Source: Macrostomum lignano (taxonomy: Eukaryota). From it: a DNA stretch of 64,000 nucleotides. The stretch lies in assembly GCA_002269645.1 (NCBI GenBank), contig NIVC01002285.1:122835-186834 (forward strand), in the 5' to 3' direction. Shown here one piece after another: positions 24,692 through 37,499 of this stretch. The position numbers and the translations under genes were made by a program. Each line of letters begins with the position of its first letter. Position 1 is the first letter of the stretch. Under the pieces are notes generated by a model. It saw only the letters and a list, made by a program, of their open reading frames with translations, made no database searches and was not told where the DNA came from.

Positions 24692-26835
24692 TACCACTTT
24701 TCCCCACCACTTTATTGCCACGCTCGCGGCCACTCTCTCCTAGATTCCTAACTTTTGCTTTGCTATAGTGATGTGGTTCGACGCTTTAGCTAAATGCGCG
24801 AGTGTTCGGGTGCTGGGAAAGTCCGCTTCAATTGATTCTTTTTTGTTCTTATAGCACAACAGAACTTTTGGTTTCTGGAAGTCTTTTCAATGTTCATGCG
24901 CAAATTTAGAAACAATGTGCTATTAGGACTAGTCACTGCCACCCTGCATCAGTTATGTTTGCCTCCACGCCGAAGTCCCAATACCAAACACCTCTCAATT
25001 CAGACCGTGTTGCACTAGCACTGATCCGCAGATGGAAAAAATAAGCTTAGTATGGTTTGTCTTAAATCTGGATTTCTTTCTTTTTCCAGGCTTGCCTCTC
25101 ACACCCGCCCTATACTAGTTTGTTAAAAAATTACAAGTTTTCGCATCATTCCTTCCTTCTAAGCGTCTTGTCTTAACTGCAGCTAGTCCGTTTCGTCTTC
25201 TTAGGCTAGAGGCTCGTTCTCATCCACTAGCCCATCCTCTCGCAGTCAGTGGGTTTTACGACTTTTCCTATCACCCCGCCCCCAGCACAAGTGTACATTA
25301 TTCAACAGTCTGCCTCTCGCCTGTGCCAGCGTACACCCGCTGTTATTCTTCGTCCCCTGTTATCGATCTCATAAGAAAGACCTCTTTCGCTCTCTTTAAA
25401 ATCGCTTAAATCACTGTGTTAAGAAGTTTAGGAGTGTAGCCGTGTAGGACAGGAGTATTTCGCTAAAATCGCATTTAAAGCAAGACAATGATTCAACAAC
25501 AGATTATCATTGCATTAAGGAACCAGGCTAACCAGATGCGCGCACTCACTCGAGCTATTGTGGCACTCCAGTCAAAATTCAATGGCTCTACACAGCCGCT
25601 GAGTCGCACTTCAAAGCACCAGTTGCAGTCCGCACCATTCAGTGGCACTGAAAAACTAGTCGGACTGCTAACAGCAACAAAGTTGTTGTTGTGTTCATCT
25701 ATTCGCTAGTATCGTGGGTTGTTCGCTGCTACAAGTTTTGGTAGGTTTAAATTGCCTATGTGAATATTTCAACTCATGTTCTCCAGTTTTGTTTCATTGT
25801 TTCATCCTTTTTAACATCAGCGCATCGCGCGCGGCTCGATCAAGAACGCCACCGCAGTCGCCTTCAATCTCAGCAAGTGGACAACCAACCCAAGAGACAG
25901 GTCTGCACTATCCCCGCGGATCGACCCCTCAACGCGAATGGCACGCGATTCCCCTGCAGAGTATCAATGAGGGATGAGAGTCGCCAAACCAAACTGGAGA
26001 GTCAATAGAATTAGATAGCGTTCCATCGCAGCGGATGCAAGGCCTCACTGCCCAGGCTCTGGTGTGATAGGAACCACAATTTATTGAACTATTGGCATTG
26101 ATGTAACGGTACTAACACACGGTGCAATTTTTTTAAAATTTTTATTTATATTTTTGTATCTGCGATCAGCAGACCCCGCCTATCTTCTGTAACTCTTCAT
26201 ACTGCTTTACTTTACTTTACTTTATTTTAAATTGTAGCTTAATGCTTAAATGTAATTTCCGTGTGCTTGATGCTATGTCATTTGCCCATTCTTCATTTTT
26301 AACACTTTATCGCCATCGATGCTAACTTTCCCATTATTATTTTTTAGTTTTATAATATTTACGCGTTGGTGCTAAGACTAAATTTGAGTGTTTTTGTTTG
26401 GTGTTCTATATCTCCTAATCTAATGTTTTTGCTTCATTAAACGTATAATTTTTCATTCTCAACTAACTCCATGTATGAAATGAAATCTTGTTAATCTTAA
26501 TCGTTAAACTGTCTTGGTCTTTAGACTCTGTTATTCACTCAAAGGCTCGTAGAGAAAATTACTACATCTAGGTTTAAGCTCGCCGTATTAGTTCTAGTGT
26601 AAGATCTAAACACTGTTCTAAGTTTGCCGTGCGCAGCGGATAAGTATTAAGCATTGGATAGAAACTTTAGTATTGCACAAATTAAGAACACGGTATTATA
26701 ATCGCATTGAAGTAACACTGAAAGCGATTAATATTTATTTTCACATACATTCGCACATGCTCAATGCAACGGGCTTGCATTCTCTGTAACGGCTGTAACG
26801 TTATTAGTTATTAGGCGGGCGCGTAAACACAATGC

Positions 26836-27480
26836 TTAAAATTCACAGAGGCCCGAGTCCGAGTCAGAAGTCGCCCGTCGAATAGGCGGGCCAGGCCTAT
26901 TCTCTCTAACCAGTATGCGCAATGGACCATAAAGCGAAGGCTCTTCGGCGATGATTACCCAATTCTCGCCGTTACTACGCACCCGTCCATGCCCGCGCCC
27001 ATCAAGAGGGCGATGTCGGGCGTAGACGTGAGATGCGTGAGGATGGTTAAGAAATGAGTACCAGCGAGGATTGTTGTCGCCGCTCATAGCGCCTTCGCTC
27101 CGGCTAGGTCCATCCCGTGACTGTCGACAAACACGAGCCTCGACGGAGCCAATCTCACGATGGCTGCCGCCCCCCGCGACGCTCTCGCTTGGTCTAGAAG
27201 GCTCGCTCACCAAGTCGGACTGCACAGCGCTTCCGCCGCCCACGGCACCCTCGCCCAGGACGGAAGACTCGAGCATCGCAGCGGTCGGTCGAACATCCTC
27301 GCCAGAATCACTTTGAAGGCTAGATTCAACATCGCTGTCTCCGCCCGCAGCGCCATATATATTATTCCACAGGGCCCTCGCCCACGTCCACGCACTCGAC
27401 ACCCACGTCCACGGTGCCCAGCGTCCATGATCACCCTGCGGTTCAGGACTGATGGCATCTGCGGAGGAAAGTCGCAACAC
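26836..27480 (-). CDS. Hypothetical 214-aa protein in the inverted arm
   Basis: Open in both arms (213 aa at 48810-49451); ATG start; AATAAA-like signal downstream; no known motif. Confidence 0.4.
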   Translation of the reverse strand: MLRLSSADAISPEPQGDHGRWAPWTWVSSAWTWARALWNNIYGAAGGDSDVESSLQSDSGEDVRPTAAMLESSVLGEGAVGGGSAVQSDLVSEPSRPSESVAGGGSHREIGSVEARVCRQSRDGPSRSEGAMSGDNNPRWYSFLNHPHASHVYARHRPLDGRGHGRVRSNGENWVIIAEEPSLYGPLRILVRENRPGPPIRRATSDSDSGLCEF

Positions 27481-27506
27481 TAGATGTTTATTTCAATGAG
27501 GATAAA

Positions 27507-27728
27507 TTAAAACATAACCAAGCAGGTACCAAACTTACCCTCTTCAGGGATCCGGCATAGTTCATTTAAGTAGTCGGCATCCGGAAACTCGTCAAACTCC
27601 GGAAATTGCGACGAACTATTAAAATATAAAGTATCTATATGGTGTCCATTTCGCGAACGCGAACGGCCCCGTCTAGGGTCGTTAACAGCTTCAGCAGCGC
27701 GTCCGAAATGATTTAGATTCTCGCTCAT
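27507..27728 (-). CDS. Hypothetical 73-aa protein or exon in the inverted arm
   Basis: Open in both arms; TATAAGC ~110 nt upstream; ends in a possible splice donor (AG/GTAAG). Confidence 0.3.
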   Translation of the reverse strand: MSENLNHFGRAAEAVNDPRRGRSRSRNGHHIDTLYFNSSSQFPEFDEFPDADYLNELCRIPEEGKFGTCLVMF

Positions 27729-27911
27729 AACTCAAACAAAATTTAAGAAGTTAAGCTATATTGATACTGCTATACAATAGAGATTGCGCTTTTTTAGAGT
27801 GTATCCTCTCGGATACAGCTCCCTTGCCGTCTAAGCTTATATCGAAAGTGAAGTTCTCTGTTTAGGATTGGCTATATTTACCGTCTTTATTCTTCACAAC
27901 AGAGTGGGTCA

Positions 27912-28181
27912 TCACGGCCAGCAACCCAACCGATATCGAACGGAGCGTGCGGTTGACTGATTCTGTAGGAATGAGCGATCACCCCCATCTTCTTTATCCC
28001 TTGTTACAACTGCCTTCTTCGTTTTAATCCCACTAAATTTTCTATATACAACAGCTGACACAGTTTCCCTAGTGGCATTTTCAGCCTTGGCACCAACTGT
28101 TTCAGTCTTGACTGCATTTATCATCCCCCTTTCCATTAGTAGACCATTGCTATTTACAGGATTTAGAAGACCAACTGTCAT
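27912..28181 (-). CDS. Hypothetical 89-aa protein, divergent from gene X
   Basis: ATG at 28181, head-to-head with gene X; fused to the truncated penton in the right arm. Confidence 0.3.
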   Translation of the reverse strand: MTVGLLNPVNSNGLLMERGMINAVKTETVGAKAENATRETVSAVVYRKFSGIKTKKAVVTRDKEDGGDRSFLQNQSTARSVRYRLGCWP

Positions 28182-28387
28182 TCGCCATTAAAATGAAAAA
28201 ATTATCGTCTTGCTACTTGCATGCAAAATTTGAAAAAATCTGGGCGCGGGTTGTCCCTTTGACATTTTGGTAAAAGCATGCGGAATGTTGTTTTTTCCCA
28301 TCCGGGCTACAGCTGCATGCCATTTGCTGAGGCTTATATAAGGCACTAGTCCCACAGCCGCCACGAACAGCAACCTGGCTGACCGAG

Positions 28388-29738
28388 ATGGCGTTCTTCC
28401 CTGAAGCTGCGATTGCCTCGAAGGAGGCCCTCGAACGCAAGGATGCCGCAATTATCTTCGGCAGGGCAGAAAAGTGGAACAAACACGAAAACGGACTGCG
28501 AACTCTGGCCTGGAGACCCAGTTCTACATGCCGGGAGCTGCTGCCGCTCGTTTTTCAGACCACAAAGCCGGTAGAGGTCTTTCGCGGCATCACCCGAGAT
28601 GTGTAGAGTATTATATCTCCCAGAAAAGTTATTTAAAATTGTTAACGTACTACTTAAATAGTAGTAATTTGAGGAGCATGTATAACGATATGCGCTGAAC
28701 CATACATATATTCGAATTAACCAATAGAAAGAGAGAAATCTCGAGCATGCTAATTTTAGAAATCACCCAATCACGTGCGACCAACAACTGTCAATTCAAA
28801 CCCCACCTTCAAGTCATCATTTGGTTTGCACTCGGGTTGCACCCGGATGAACCAATCAAAGTCTACCAGCTACGGTAACCAATCATGCGCTTTTACAGTA
28901 GACTAGTTGCGCAACTTTCTACCCTGTCATGCTTGACAGCCACCGAATCGTGACCCTTTGACATTTGCGAAGACAGTGATGTACGACCTCGAGAGAGGTC
29001 TGAACGCCTATAAATACAAGTGGTCCGGAACGGACTCAGAGCCAACAATTCCTCCGGAAGGAGAAGAGCTCCGAAGAGGAAGCCACTACAGGACTTCCTA
29101 CAGAAGACTCGTCGAGTTCTTGCGGTAAGCCTTACTCATTTGCGCCTGTGTTTTGAGACGTCTCGTTGGAGTTTAGTTTGAGTCTGTTGAGACTCTTGAG
29201 TCTATTGAGATTCCATTGGCAGCAGTCTCCAGAAGGACTACCCTGATAGATCTTGGTAGACTATCAGTGATTACCGGAGCTATACCTAGAGTGCATAGAG
29301 GCACTGCTAGAAGGAGTAGGCTTATATTAAACCGCAGTTTGGCGCAGGGTACCCATTGTTAATTTGGAAGCTTCTTATTGGTCCGAACGACAGATACCGG
29401 CCGGCAAAAGAAGAAAAAGAAACTCGGACCAGGACTACAAGTCGAGTCGAATTCAGGCCTGAGCTTCAGATCGAGATCTACACGAGATCTACGAAGGACT
29501 CAAAGAAGGAGAGATATCTCATAAGAAGTCAAGGTAATTGAATACCTTCGTTTGAATTACTGGGTTGCCTAGCTAAAGAGCTAGAAGTGATTGTTCTTTG
29601 ATTACCGAAGTCGGGTAATAAGGAACACATCAGATGAAGGACACAGTCCGGACAGCGGCTCGGAGCTGTGGCGCCGAGAGGGCATGAGTGTCCATTCGCG
29701 ACAAAAACGTTCTGTGAAACCACAATCGAATGCATCAG
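28388..29738 (+). pseudogene. Gene X of element A, exon 1, split by a solo LTR
   Basis: MAFF...LRTLAWRP...LPLVFQTTKPVEVFRGITR matches 51747 MAFF...FRALSWTP...LPILLQSQQPILLFRGLHR; splice donor at 29739. Confidence 0.7.
28602..29632 (+). mobile_element. Solo LTR with 4-bp TSD GATG
   Basis: TGTAGAG...CACATCA; GATG at 28598-28601 and 29633-29636. Confidence 0.9.
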
Positions 29739-29774
29739 GTAATTAAAGTTATTTGTAATACGTAACTAACTTTT

Positions 29775-30327
29775 GAAATGTAGCCATTTCCACCGCATGT
29801 GTTTTAGCACAAAACTCCATCTATGCACTTTCATCTGCTGGTTTGCTAAACGCAAGCTACCAATAGCAGCCTAACATCGCGCTGTATTTCAATGCACGAA
29901 AGTACGAAGCAGTCCTTAGACATCTCTTGGAACTCCCCTTGTACTTCTTACACTCTAGCCAGCTCACAGACCCTTTATCCATTTCCTCTACTTCCGACTC
30001 ATTGGCAAAATAATTAAAGACATTGATAGAAACCAAACCAATCAAATCTACAGTTCACACCCGATCGACAAGCAATACAGGCATAGCCTCGAACACCAGA
30101 TCAGCCGAGAGTACTGATAAGTATCGATATATTCCGTTTCTGACTGCTTCATACTTCGTACTTAAGAAGCTTACATCCTTTGTATTTACGTGAACTCCAT
30201 CAGTGATTTAGATTGGAAATATACCATCTCAAGAGAAGGTTTAACACCGCAGGAAAACACAGTCGGACTTGCCGCTCATTGTTTAATCTTAGAATACTCG
30301 GACGCAGATCCGACAGAGAGCTGAAAC
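29775..30327 (+). repeat. Non-coding block G, copy 2
   Basis: Colinear with 20907-21440; begins within the first intron of gene X. Confidence 0.85.
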
Positions 30328-32122
30328 AACAATTAAAAGTATTACATTGGTTCCCTGACCGTTTTTTCCTGCCGTGTTTTGCTCCCAACATGGCACCCCA
30401 CTGCATGTTGGGGCAAACAGCAACTGAGCTTAGCTATGGGCGTGTAGGATATCCCTGAGGTCATCACATAAAAAATTAAAAAAATTTAAAGTTAAAACAT
30501 TGAAATATTTACAAAACCACAAAAATGTGCGCACCACTCTATTCAAAAAATGAAAAACAAAAACATTTTCTTCTTTCTTTGTATCGTTGCTTCATGTCAC
30601 AAACACATTTGTATTACGATGCCTGTGTAGACTCATGCGCCATCTTAACAGCTTCCTTAGAACTTTCCCCGGGACGGAGGAATTGCACTGAATTGCAGGC
30701 TTGACATTTGCTCTTGGGCGAAAGGCACTCCTCTGACATTTGCTGTAGACTTGTTGCTGGATAGTGCATCAGCCACCTCGTCCTTTTGGGGGCTACGGCT
30801 GACATTTAGAAGTTCTGGAATGCCTGGACAGTGCAGCCCTTTCTCGTCCCACGGCCGCTCTCGCCCTTTGGACTATCCCCTTTCGATCGATCCTTCCCCA
30901 GAAGTCTACTTTAACAGTACAGTCTGGTCTGTCTTCGTCGAATACTGACTTTTGGCTTTCGCTGAAGTACACAGATCGGCACGGGACATTCCTTCCCAGC
31001 CTCTCTGCCCCCTCAGACATCGCTCGATATTCGTGCATCGAGCTTCCCACTTGGCCCCCCCCGCGCTTTGTTACCCGCGCTCCCCTTTCAGCCTATCTGC
31101 CCATCCAATTCTAGGGTGCCTCCCCCTCTTCCTAATTAGGCACCCAATCGATTACTTTCGTTCCCTCTATCCTGTAGACACCGACAAGCACCCCACTTCC
31201 TACCTGCAAGAACATATGCCTCCAGCCCAATTGCCGAATTCGTTGCGCCACTCCACTCAGCATCTTACGCAGGCACGTTCTACTAACGGTATTATCTATT
31301 GTTTAAACGGCCAACACAGCCCTTTGTCAGTCAACCTGGATTCGTCCCAATGGGTCAGACCCCATGCTTTGTATTGTTCTGCTTTCAGGGATGATCTAGC
31401 CCCCACGCAATAAGCCTGGATCCGCTCCAGCACACAGAGGCTCCGCGCCTGTAACTATTCGATTGACGTAACGCCGCCGCCAGTCACACGCCAGTAAACC
31501 CAGCTAACATGCTACCACCCGGCAGGCATCCCCCTCATCGATGGACCTTGGGAAGTAGGATGGATTTCGCCTCCAAATGCTGGCACTCTCCTACCTCCTC
31601 CCCATTCTTTGTTTATGCTGGGGGTCTCTCCGTGGCAGTCAACTGCCGGTTCTGCCCAGTGTCTAGCGTCTGTTGAATCATCACAAATTCCACTTCTTAG
31701 CCTCTTCAGTCAGGATGTCTGCGGTTCCCCATCCCCCACAGCGCCTCGTAATAAAGACCGATCTTCCGTCCCCCCTCATTGCTCCCCTTCCAAAGCTCCT
31801 AGTCTTACTACACCAGCCATCCACTAGTTTCATATCCTAATTTTCCACTCTCTAGAGCCGTCCACCGACATGTATTCCCCGACGAGTTATGCCGCTTTTT
31901 GTTCCCAGCTTCGAGACCGTGAACCCCTATGGCTACCTATCTCCAACCTACCTGACCATCTCCACCACCTTTCGTTAGGCCCAATTCCAATCCCCTCTGC
32001 ACCTTTCGCTTAATCCCGGAGGTTGATCCTCACGATTTTAGTTTGTCCAGCCCTATCTTCAACCACCCTTCCCCTATTACCATCTTTGCTACGATTACCC
32101 AGCCGTTGCCCGACTCATCGAC

Positions 32123-32707
32123 TTGGCCTGTGGAGACACCGTGTTCGAATGGGACGACGAGGAGGAACTGGCGCGGTTGAACAAGGGCGACCTACGGGTC
32201 TTAGATGGCCTGATGTCATGGTATGCCCTACTCCCGGCAAACACCATCCGAAGATCTGAGCGCGCCATTCAGAATACGATAATCTACATCCTGAAAGGCT
32301 CGAATGACAAGCCAACGGCACTCTACCTGGTGGCCCGCTTCCTGACGAGGTTGCCGCGTCTACGCACCCCTGTCTGGAAGGTCGTCTTGGAGTACCAGGA
32401 GCTCGCACCCCTCCTCCTCCACTTGGAGTTGGTGGTTGCGGGCACACGCCCAGAACACCTGGCTACGGACAACGAAGCTCGCCGCTCCTGCGTCGCCGCC
32501 GACATCGGCTCACTCGCCAAGCCGCCCTTCTCCCCACCCAGCCTTGCCCACCTCGCCCAAATGGCCTTCCACCATACGTGGAGGGTTACTAGGGGTTTCC
32601 CCCTCCACGAACACCTCCGCAACCAAGTGAAACAACTTCCACCCGCCTACCGCCGCCTGCTCGTCGGCTCATACCAGTCTCGCATTGACGTCCTTAAACA
32701 CTTCTGA
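32123..32707 (+). CDS. ORF Z, accessory protein with a possible C-terminal SOCS-box/BC-box
   Basis: Open for 194 aa and probably starts further upstream; the paralogue at 21480 differs mainly by synonymous or conservative changes; PPSLAHLAQMAF...QLPPAYRRLL. Confidence 0.6.
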   Translation: MACGDTVFEWDDEEELARLNKGDLRVLDGLMSWYALLPANTIRRSERAIQNTIIYILKGSNDKPTALYLVARFLTRLPRLRTPVWKVVLEYQELAPLLLHLELVVAGTRPEHLATDNEARRSCVAADIGSLAKPPFSPPSLAHLAQMAFHHTWRVTRGFPLHEHLRNQVKQLPPAYRRLLVGSYQSRIDVLKHF

Positions 32708-33626
32708 ATACGAACGTCCCTTAACTAACACCACTAGCTCGTATATCGCTATGCTATTTATCTGACAATGACATACTACTTCACCTTCAATGCTCTACTC
32801 CAAATAAATTTCTAAATATAAGTACAACGAACTACATCTCACTCTCTTATTAGCGGTCTTACAGAAAATTGACAAACAAAAAACACAAAATATATAGACC
32901 GCCTTTTCTTCGTTCTGTCCCTTTTTTCTTCTCTCTTTCTCAACGACGCTTGACACAGAGGGCTACTAGTAGCATAGAGAGTAAAAACGTGGGCCCACGT
33001 TAAGCCACCCAGTCGTGGCGGCCACTAGTTCGGTAGTGGCACTCAGTTGTTAACCCGGCCACACAAGCTGTGCCCGAAGAGCTGGTCGGAGATCGCAAAT
33101 CGGCGATTCCGGTTAAAAGGTCACACAAGCTGCGACGGTCGCCCTGCCGCGACATTCATTCCTGGCCGGCAACTCATCACACATTACAGTTCGTGCACCG
33201 AACTCGCGCAATAAGCCCACAAACGCACCTGTGGCATCCGCCGTACCGTTTCCTAACAAGCCCACACTGTAGTCTGTGGCCCTGTCGTATAGCCTATTTT
33301 GCAATAGATGCTCGTATTCGTTTACAAAAAAGTCTACAGGCTCCACAGCCTACAATTTTGATCAATACGCTGATACACATATATTCTGTTTGATTATCGT
33401 CTGATACTACTTAAGCAGTAGTCACTCGTGTGCATACATGTCAGAATTCTCATTACATGTCATACCGATATTACAAAATAATGACCAAAGGGATAGTCCA
33501 GATAAACACGACCCAGATGGTACCCTGGTATAATGCTCAGTGTATTCTCAAAATATTGCTTAATTAAATTATCTCTCATACTCTTATTATAACCCAGAAC
33601 CACTTCTTTTGATAGCAGGATCCTGC

Positions 33627-34025
33627 ATGCTCTTACGCTCTGGTCGACGAGCAGCATCACAATCCCCTACAGCTAAATCGCGCGAATTGCAACGAAACTC
33701 AGCGCCAGCCGCTGACACAGACCAAGCACTTGACAACACAACCTCGAGTACCCGACGACTTTCCGGCTCTACTCCCGACGTAACTACTTCACCAACTGCT
33801 TGGCCCTCTGGTTATTCACCACCAGCCCATCCGTTTGTACCGGAAATCATCATGGATGCCAATCAACACTCAGACAGACGACAGGTCCGCTTCTCCAACA
33901 GAAATTCCTATGGACCAAACAGATCAAACGGAAGCCACTCACGATCGCCGTCACCGCGAGCCCCAGCAGCCTCGCTGAACGCCCTACAGGTCGTAACGAC
34001 AAGCGCACCCCCCCCCCAGCACTGA
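33627..34025 (+). pseudogene. Internally deleted gag-like remnant
   Basis: MLLRSGRR start and RQVRF...SRSPSP...LNAL end resemble gag termini; no capsid core. Confidence 0.35.
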
Positions 34026-34056
34026 ACAACAGCAGCCGACGGGTGCCGACAAGGCC

Positions 34057-37000
34057 ATGGAATCAAAGCCGGAAGTCAATGTGTCTACTCCAGTAAGTAG
34101 TGGACCATACTACTTCACCGGGACTGGACCGCAATACAACCTCCTGCGTGCCCTTATGCGCCGACAGCAGAGCACCAAGGCCGAAGTCATGGGCATCCAG
34201 GTCGTCCCTTGGACTCCCAACTGCCCGGACTGCGCGCCCACAACTCAGCGTTCTCTGAGACAACCGACCCGCAAGACGACTCATCTAAACACTCACGGTC
34301 AACTAGGCGTATTACTCCTTGGTTTACTGATCACCACTCTGATCGGAACACGTAACGGAACGGCATCACTCGATCACCCAACATTCGTCGATACACCAAT
34401 GGTCTGCCCGCTCAAAGGCCCTGTTCGAATTTTCAAGATCCCTACCGAAATACGGTGCGAGTCCTTCAACCCGCAAGAAACAAGAGCTATCCCAATGCGT
34501 CTACGGCTCTACACCTCTAACCTAGCAAAGACCCGGATAATGATGAACATGTGTTATCGGGAAGAGATAACTATCAACTGCAATCGTCTTGGCTCACACC
34601 TACGCACTTTTCGTGAAGCTCACATAACTGTGAAACCGAAACCGACAACGCCACTCGCTTGTCTACAATGGGTCGTGTCCAGAAATTCACCTGATGGCCA
34701 ACTACAAATAGTAGCCACAGTTTCTGGCCAACAACTATTCCGGTCAGCCATACAGACAACTTTGCTGGACAACTGCCTCGCCTCTCGTACTCAAACGATA
34801 ACGGCATCCACCTTGATTACTAGCATCGCCGCTTTTGCTAGTCCAACAGATCCGATGGAATCACTGGCGTTTCCGATCAAACATTGTGTCTATTCAACAA
34901 AAGGCTGCACCATCCCGACAACTGTGGAACAGATGATGCGTTTTAATCTACCACATCAGCTTCTGACAGAGGCCTGGACACAACTAACTCCACCGGCCGT
35001 CGCCACTCTCCACGCAGCAGGCGAGCGAAAACTAACGTTGTCCTGGAATGTACCACCACAATCAGATTGTTCATTAATACCGTTCCGCGCTCTGAATGGA
35101 CTACAGCACTCCAACTTTTTCATCAACGACGACCAAACGCTAGCTTTAACATTTGCAGCTACACCGCCTCAGCACACTCTTAGCTGCTCCGCTGGCACCA
35201 AAAAGCTTTACCTTTCCGAGCAAGGACTCTACGTCGAAGTACTTGAACAAGAACAACACTTCCTTAATGCGATAAGGCCAACACCTCCAACTCCGACTGC
35301 TCAGACAAACCAGTCATCGGACGCCACTCCCAATACGGCAGAAACGAAATCCCGTCCTAGCCGTTCACTACCCTACAAACAAATCGCCATGGCAACTTCG
35401 ACAACTGCGACAACTTCGACAACTGCGACAACTTCGACAACTGCGACAACTTCGACAACTGCGACAACTTCGACAACTGCGACAACTTCGACAACTGCGA
35501 CAACTTCGACAACTGCGACAACTTCGACAACTGCGACAACTTCGACAACTGCGACAACTTCGACAACTGCGACAACTTCGACAACTGCGACAACTTCGAC
35601 AACTGCGACAACTTCGACAACTGCGACAACTTCGACAACTTCCCCAACTCCGACAACTTCCCCAACTCCGACAACTTCCCCAACTCCGACAACTTCCCCA
35701 ACTCCGACAACATCGACAACATCGACAACGACGACGACACCGACAACATCAACGACACCGACGACATCGACAACATTAACAAATCTAAGGACGAGTACCA
35801 CCACGACAGCCACCAGCACAACCACGCTGAAATAGACGCCGACCACACGAACAACAACAGATGCGCTGAAGACATCAACCAACCCTACAACAAGTCCTAC
35901 AACGACAGTCGTAAAATCGACGACTGACATGACCCGAACGACTACGCACCAAACGACGACGAAAACTGATCCAACAACGCAAGAGACGACCACGACGAAA
36001 CCAATCACGGACAGTCCTACACCAACGACACAATTGGTGGCCTCCACAACCACGACGCAACCGCAAACATCGACAGTGACGACATCAGAACCTCCAAGAT
36101 TAACGGAAACTGCTCTAACTCCATTGACAAGCCGAAGAACCCACACAATGTCAATCGATCCGCCAACGGACGCCACAACACCACAAACCGAAGAATATCA
36201 ATATGATCCACTGGCAATACCATATTTACAACGAGACGCAGCGCCGACGTTAGACAAAGTACGTATTCGACGCTCAAGTGAAACGCCAGCCGACAACCAA
36301 TCAGCACCTCAACTATCTACAAACTTGGCCTCAGCAGAATTACTTTCCAGCCGCCTACAAGCCCTCGAGATGAAATTACACCAAGACCTCAAGACAGTAC
36401 ACACGCAACTTACTAAGACACAATGCAAAATGTACGCCCTCAACCTGAGATACAGTCGCACACTGTACTACACCAATCCGACACTGGCTGCACGACAACT
36501 CTTCAACGACCGCTTCTTATACGCTCAGTCGATTGCTGGTCACTTTTTCGTACATCAGTGCAAACCACTTTACGACTTCACATTCGTCCAACCGGAGTAC
36601 AAGTCCAATAGATGTTATACGCGACCACCTATGAAATTTCAACTACAAAACAGGAGCGTACTAGCTTATCTGGATACCACCACGCTCATCGTCTCAACCG
36701 CCAAACCACCACTAATACCGTGCGAATATCAAGATGGATACTATCTACCGAAAGATACCTCTATCTTCAAAGCAACGACCAATTTCAGCGACATTCGCGA
36801 ACTAGACTCACATCAGGTCACCGACGAAACGTACCTTCTACAATCACTTTATAGCGACCTGAGACGGAGCATTTTCACACCCATTGGCGATGTCAACTAC
36901 AGCACTCTGCGAAGTCCGGTCACCGTAACAGACATGATGGAAAAATTCATGCAAACAAGAGACTTCCTAGTTACTGTCTTTAAGCTGAACAATAACAAAA

Positions 37001-37461
37001 CCCGCCAAGAACTGCTGGCGGACGCCTCAAGCTTCAGACTGGACGCTACACAAGCATTTAAGAATCTCTGGAGCACCACCATCTTTAATTGGGAACGATT
37101 CCGCGACAACCACATGGAACGTTTTCTGTTCAGCTCCGCGGTCATTGTATATGCCGCGCTACTAATCTTCATCTGCAATATTGGTCGTTTCTGCGTCGCG
37201 ACCACGGTACGATACGGACGTACGCACCGTCTGATGGTCCTCCGAACAACAGATAGCCCAAGGAATAGACGGCGCCATGCATCATTGCATCCGATCGGCT
37301 CCAAACCAAATACCAATGGTACTATTAAACTCATCACCGCCACGACGGGCTCCGCCGGCCGCCCCGTCAGCACCGCCAATCGAAATAACCTCGACAGCAC
37401 AGCAGACCGAACCAACACCAACACCTTCTACGACAACGAGGAAACCACTACCAGCGCCTAA
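34057..37461 (+). pseudogene. env: Envelope-like glycoprotein (class III, gB-like fusogen) with mucin-like insert; single in-frame TAG at 35833-35835
   Basis: Signal-like LGVLLLGLLITTLIG; PMVC...C Cys pattern; furin-like RIRR at 36262-36273; SRLQAL...QC...NPTLAARQL...C...CY..P segment; C-terminal TM (FLFSSAVIVYAALLIFIC). Both ORF-track halves share one frame. Confidence 0.7.
35392..35712 (+). repeat. 18-bp coding minisatellites: ~14x GCGACAACTTCGACAACT (ATTSTT), then 4x TCCCCAACTCCGACAACT (SPTPTT)
   Basis: Directly visible perfect tandem arrays. Confidence 0.97.
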
Positions 37462-37499
37462 ACCACCGGTTCCTCCATGGCCGATCGCATGCAACACCG

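Larger units (their letters stand above)
26444..28168 (-). repeat. Left arm of a 1.7-kb inverted duplication
   Basis: Reverse complement of 48122-49842 with scattered substitutions and a 3-nt indel (DNNPRWYS vs DNPRWYP). Confidence 0.95.

Noticed and set aside
24700-26440. Short ORFs after element A's terminus
   Set aside because: No motif or second copy to support them.
20991-30045. Minus-strand ORFs ending LRTASYFRALKYSAMLGCYW in both G copies
   Set aside because: The DNA is near-identical there while the upstream codons are unrelated, so the conservation is not protein-level.
30330-32050. Possible minus-strand gene in the purine-skewed stretch
   Set aside because: Frames are broken by many stops; no motif recognised.
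35392-35712. CRISPR-like array
   Set aside because: Contiguous tandem units with no spacers; eukaryotic context; no cas genes.
35373-36176. Val-rich and Leu/Ser-rich antisense ORFs
   Set aside because: Shadows of the 18-bp minisatellite, which has no stop in those frames.
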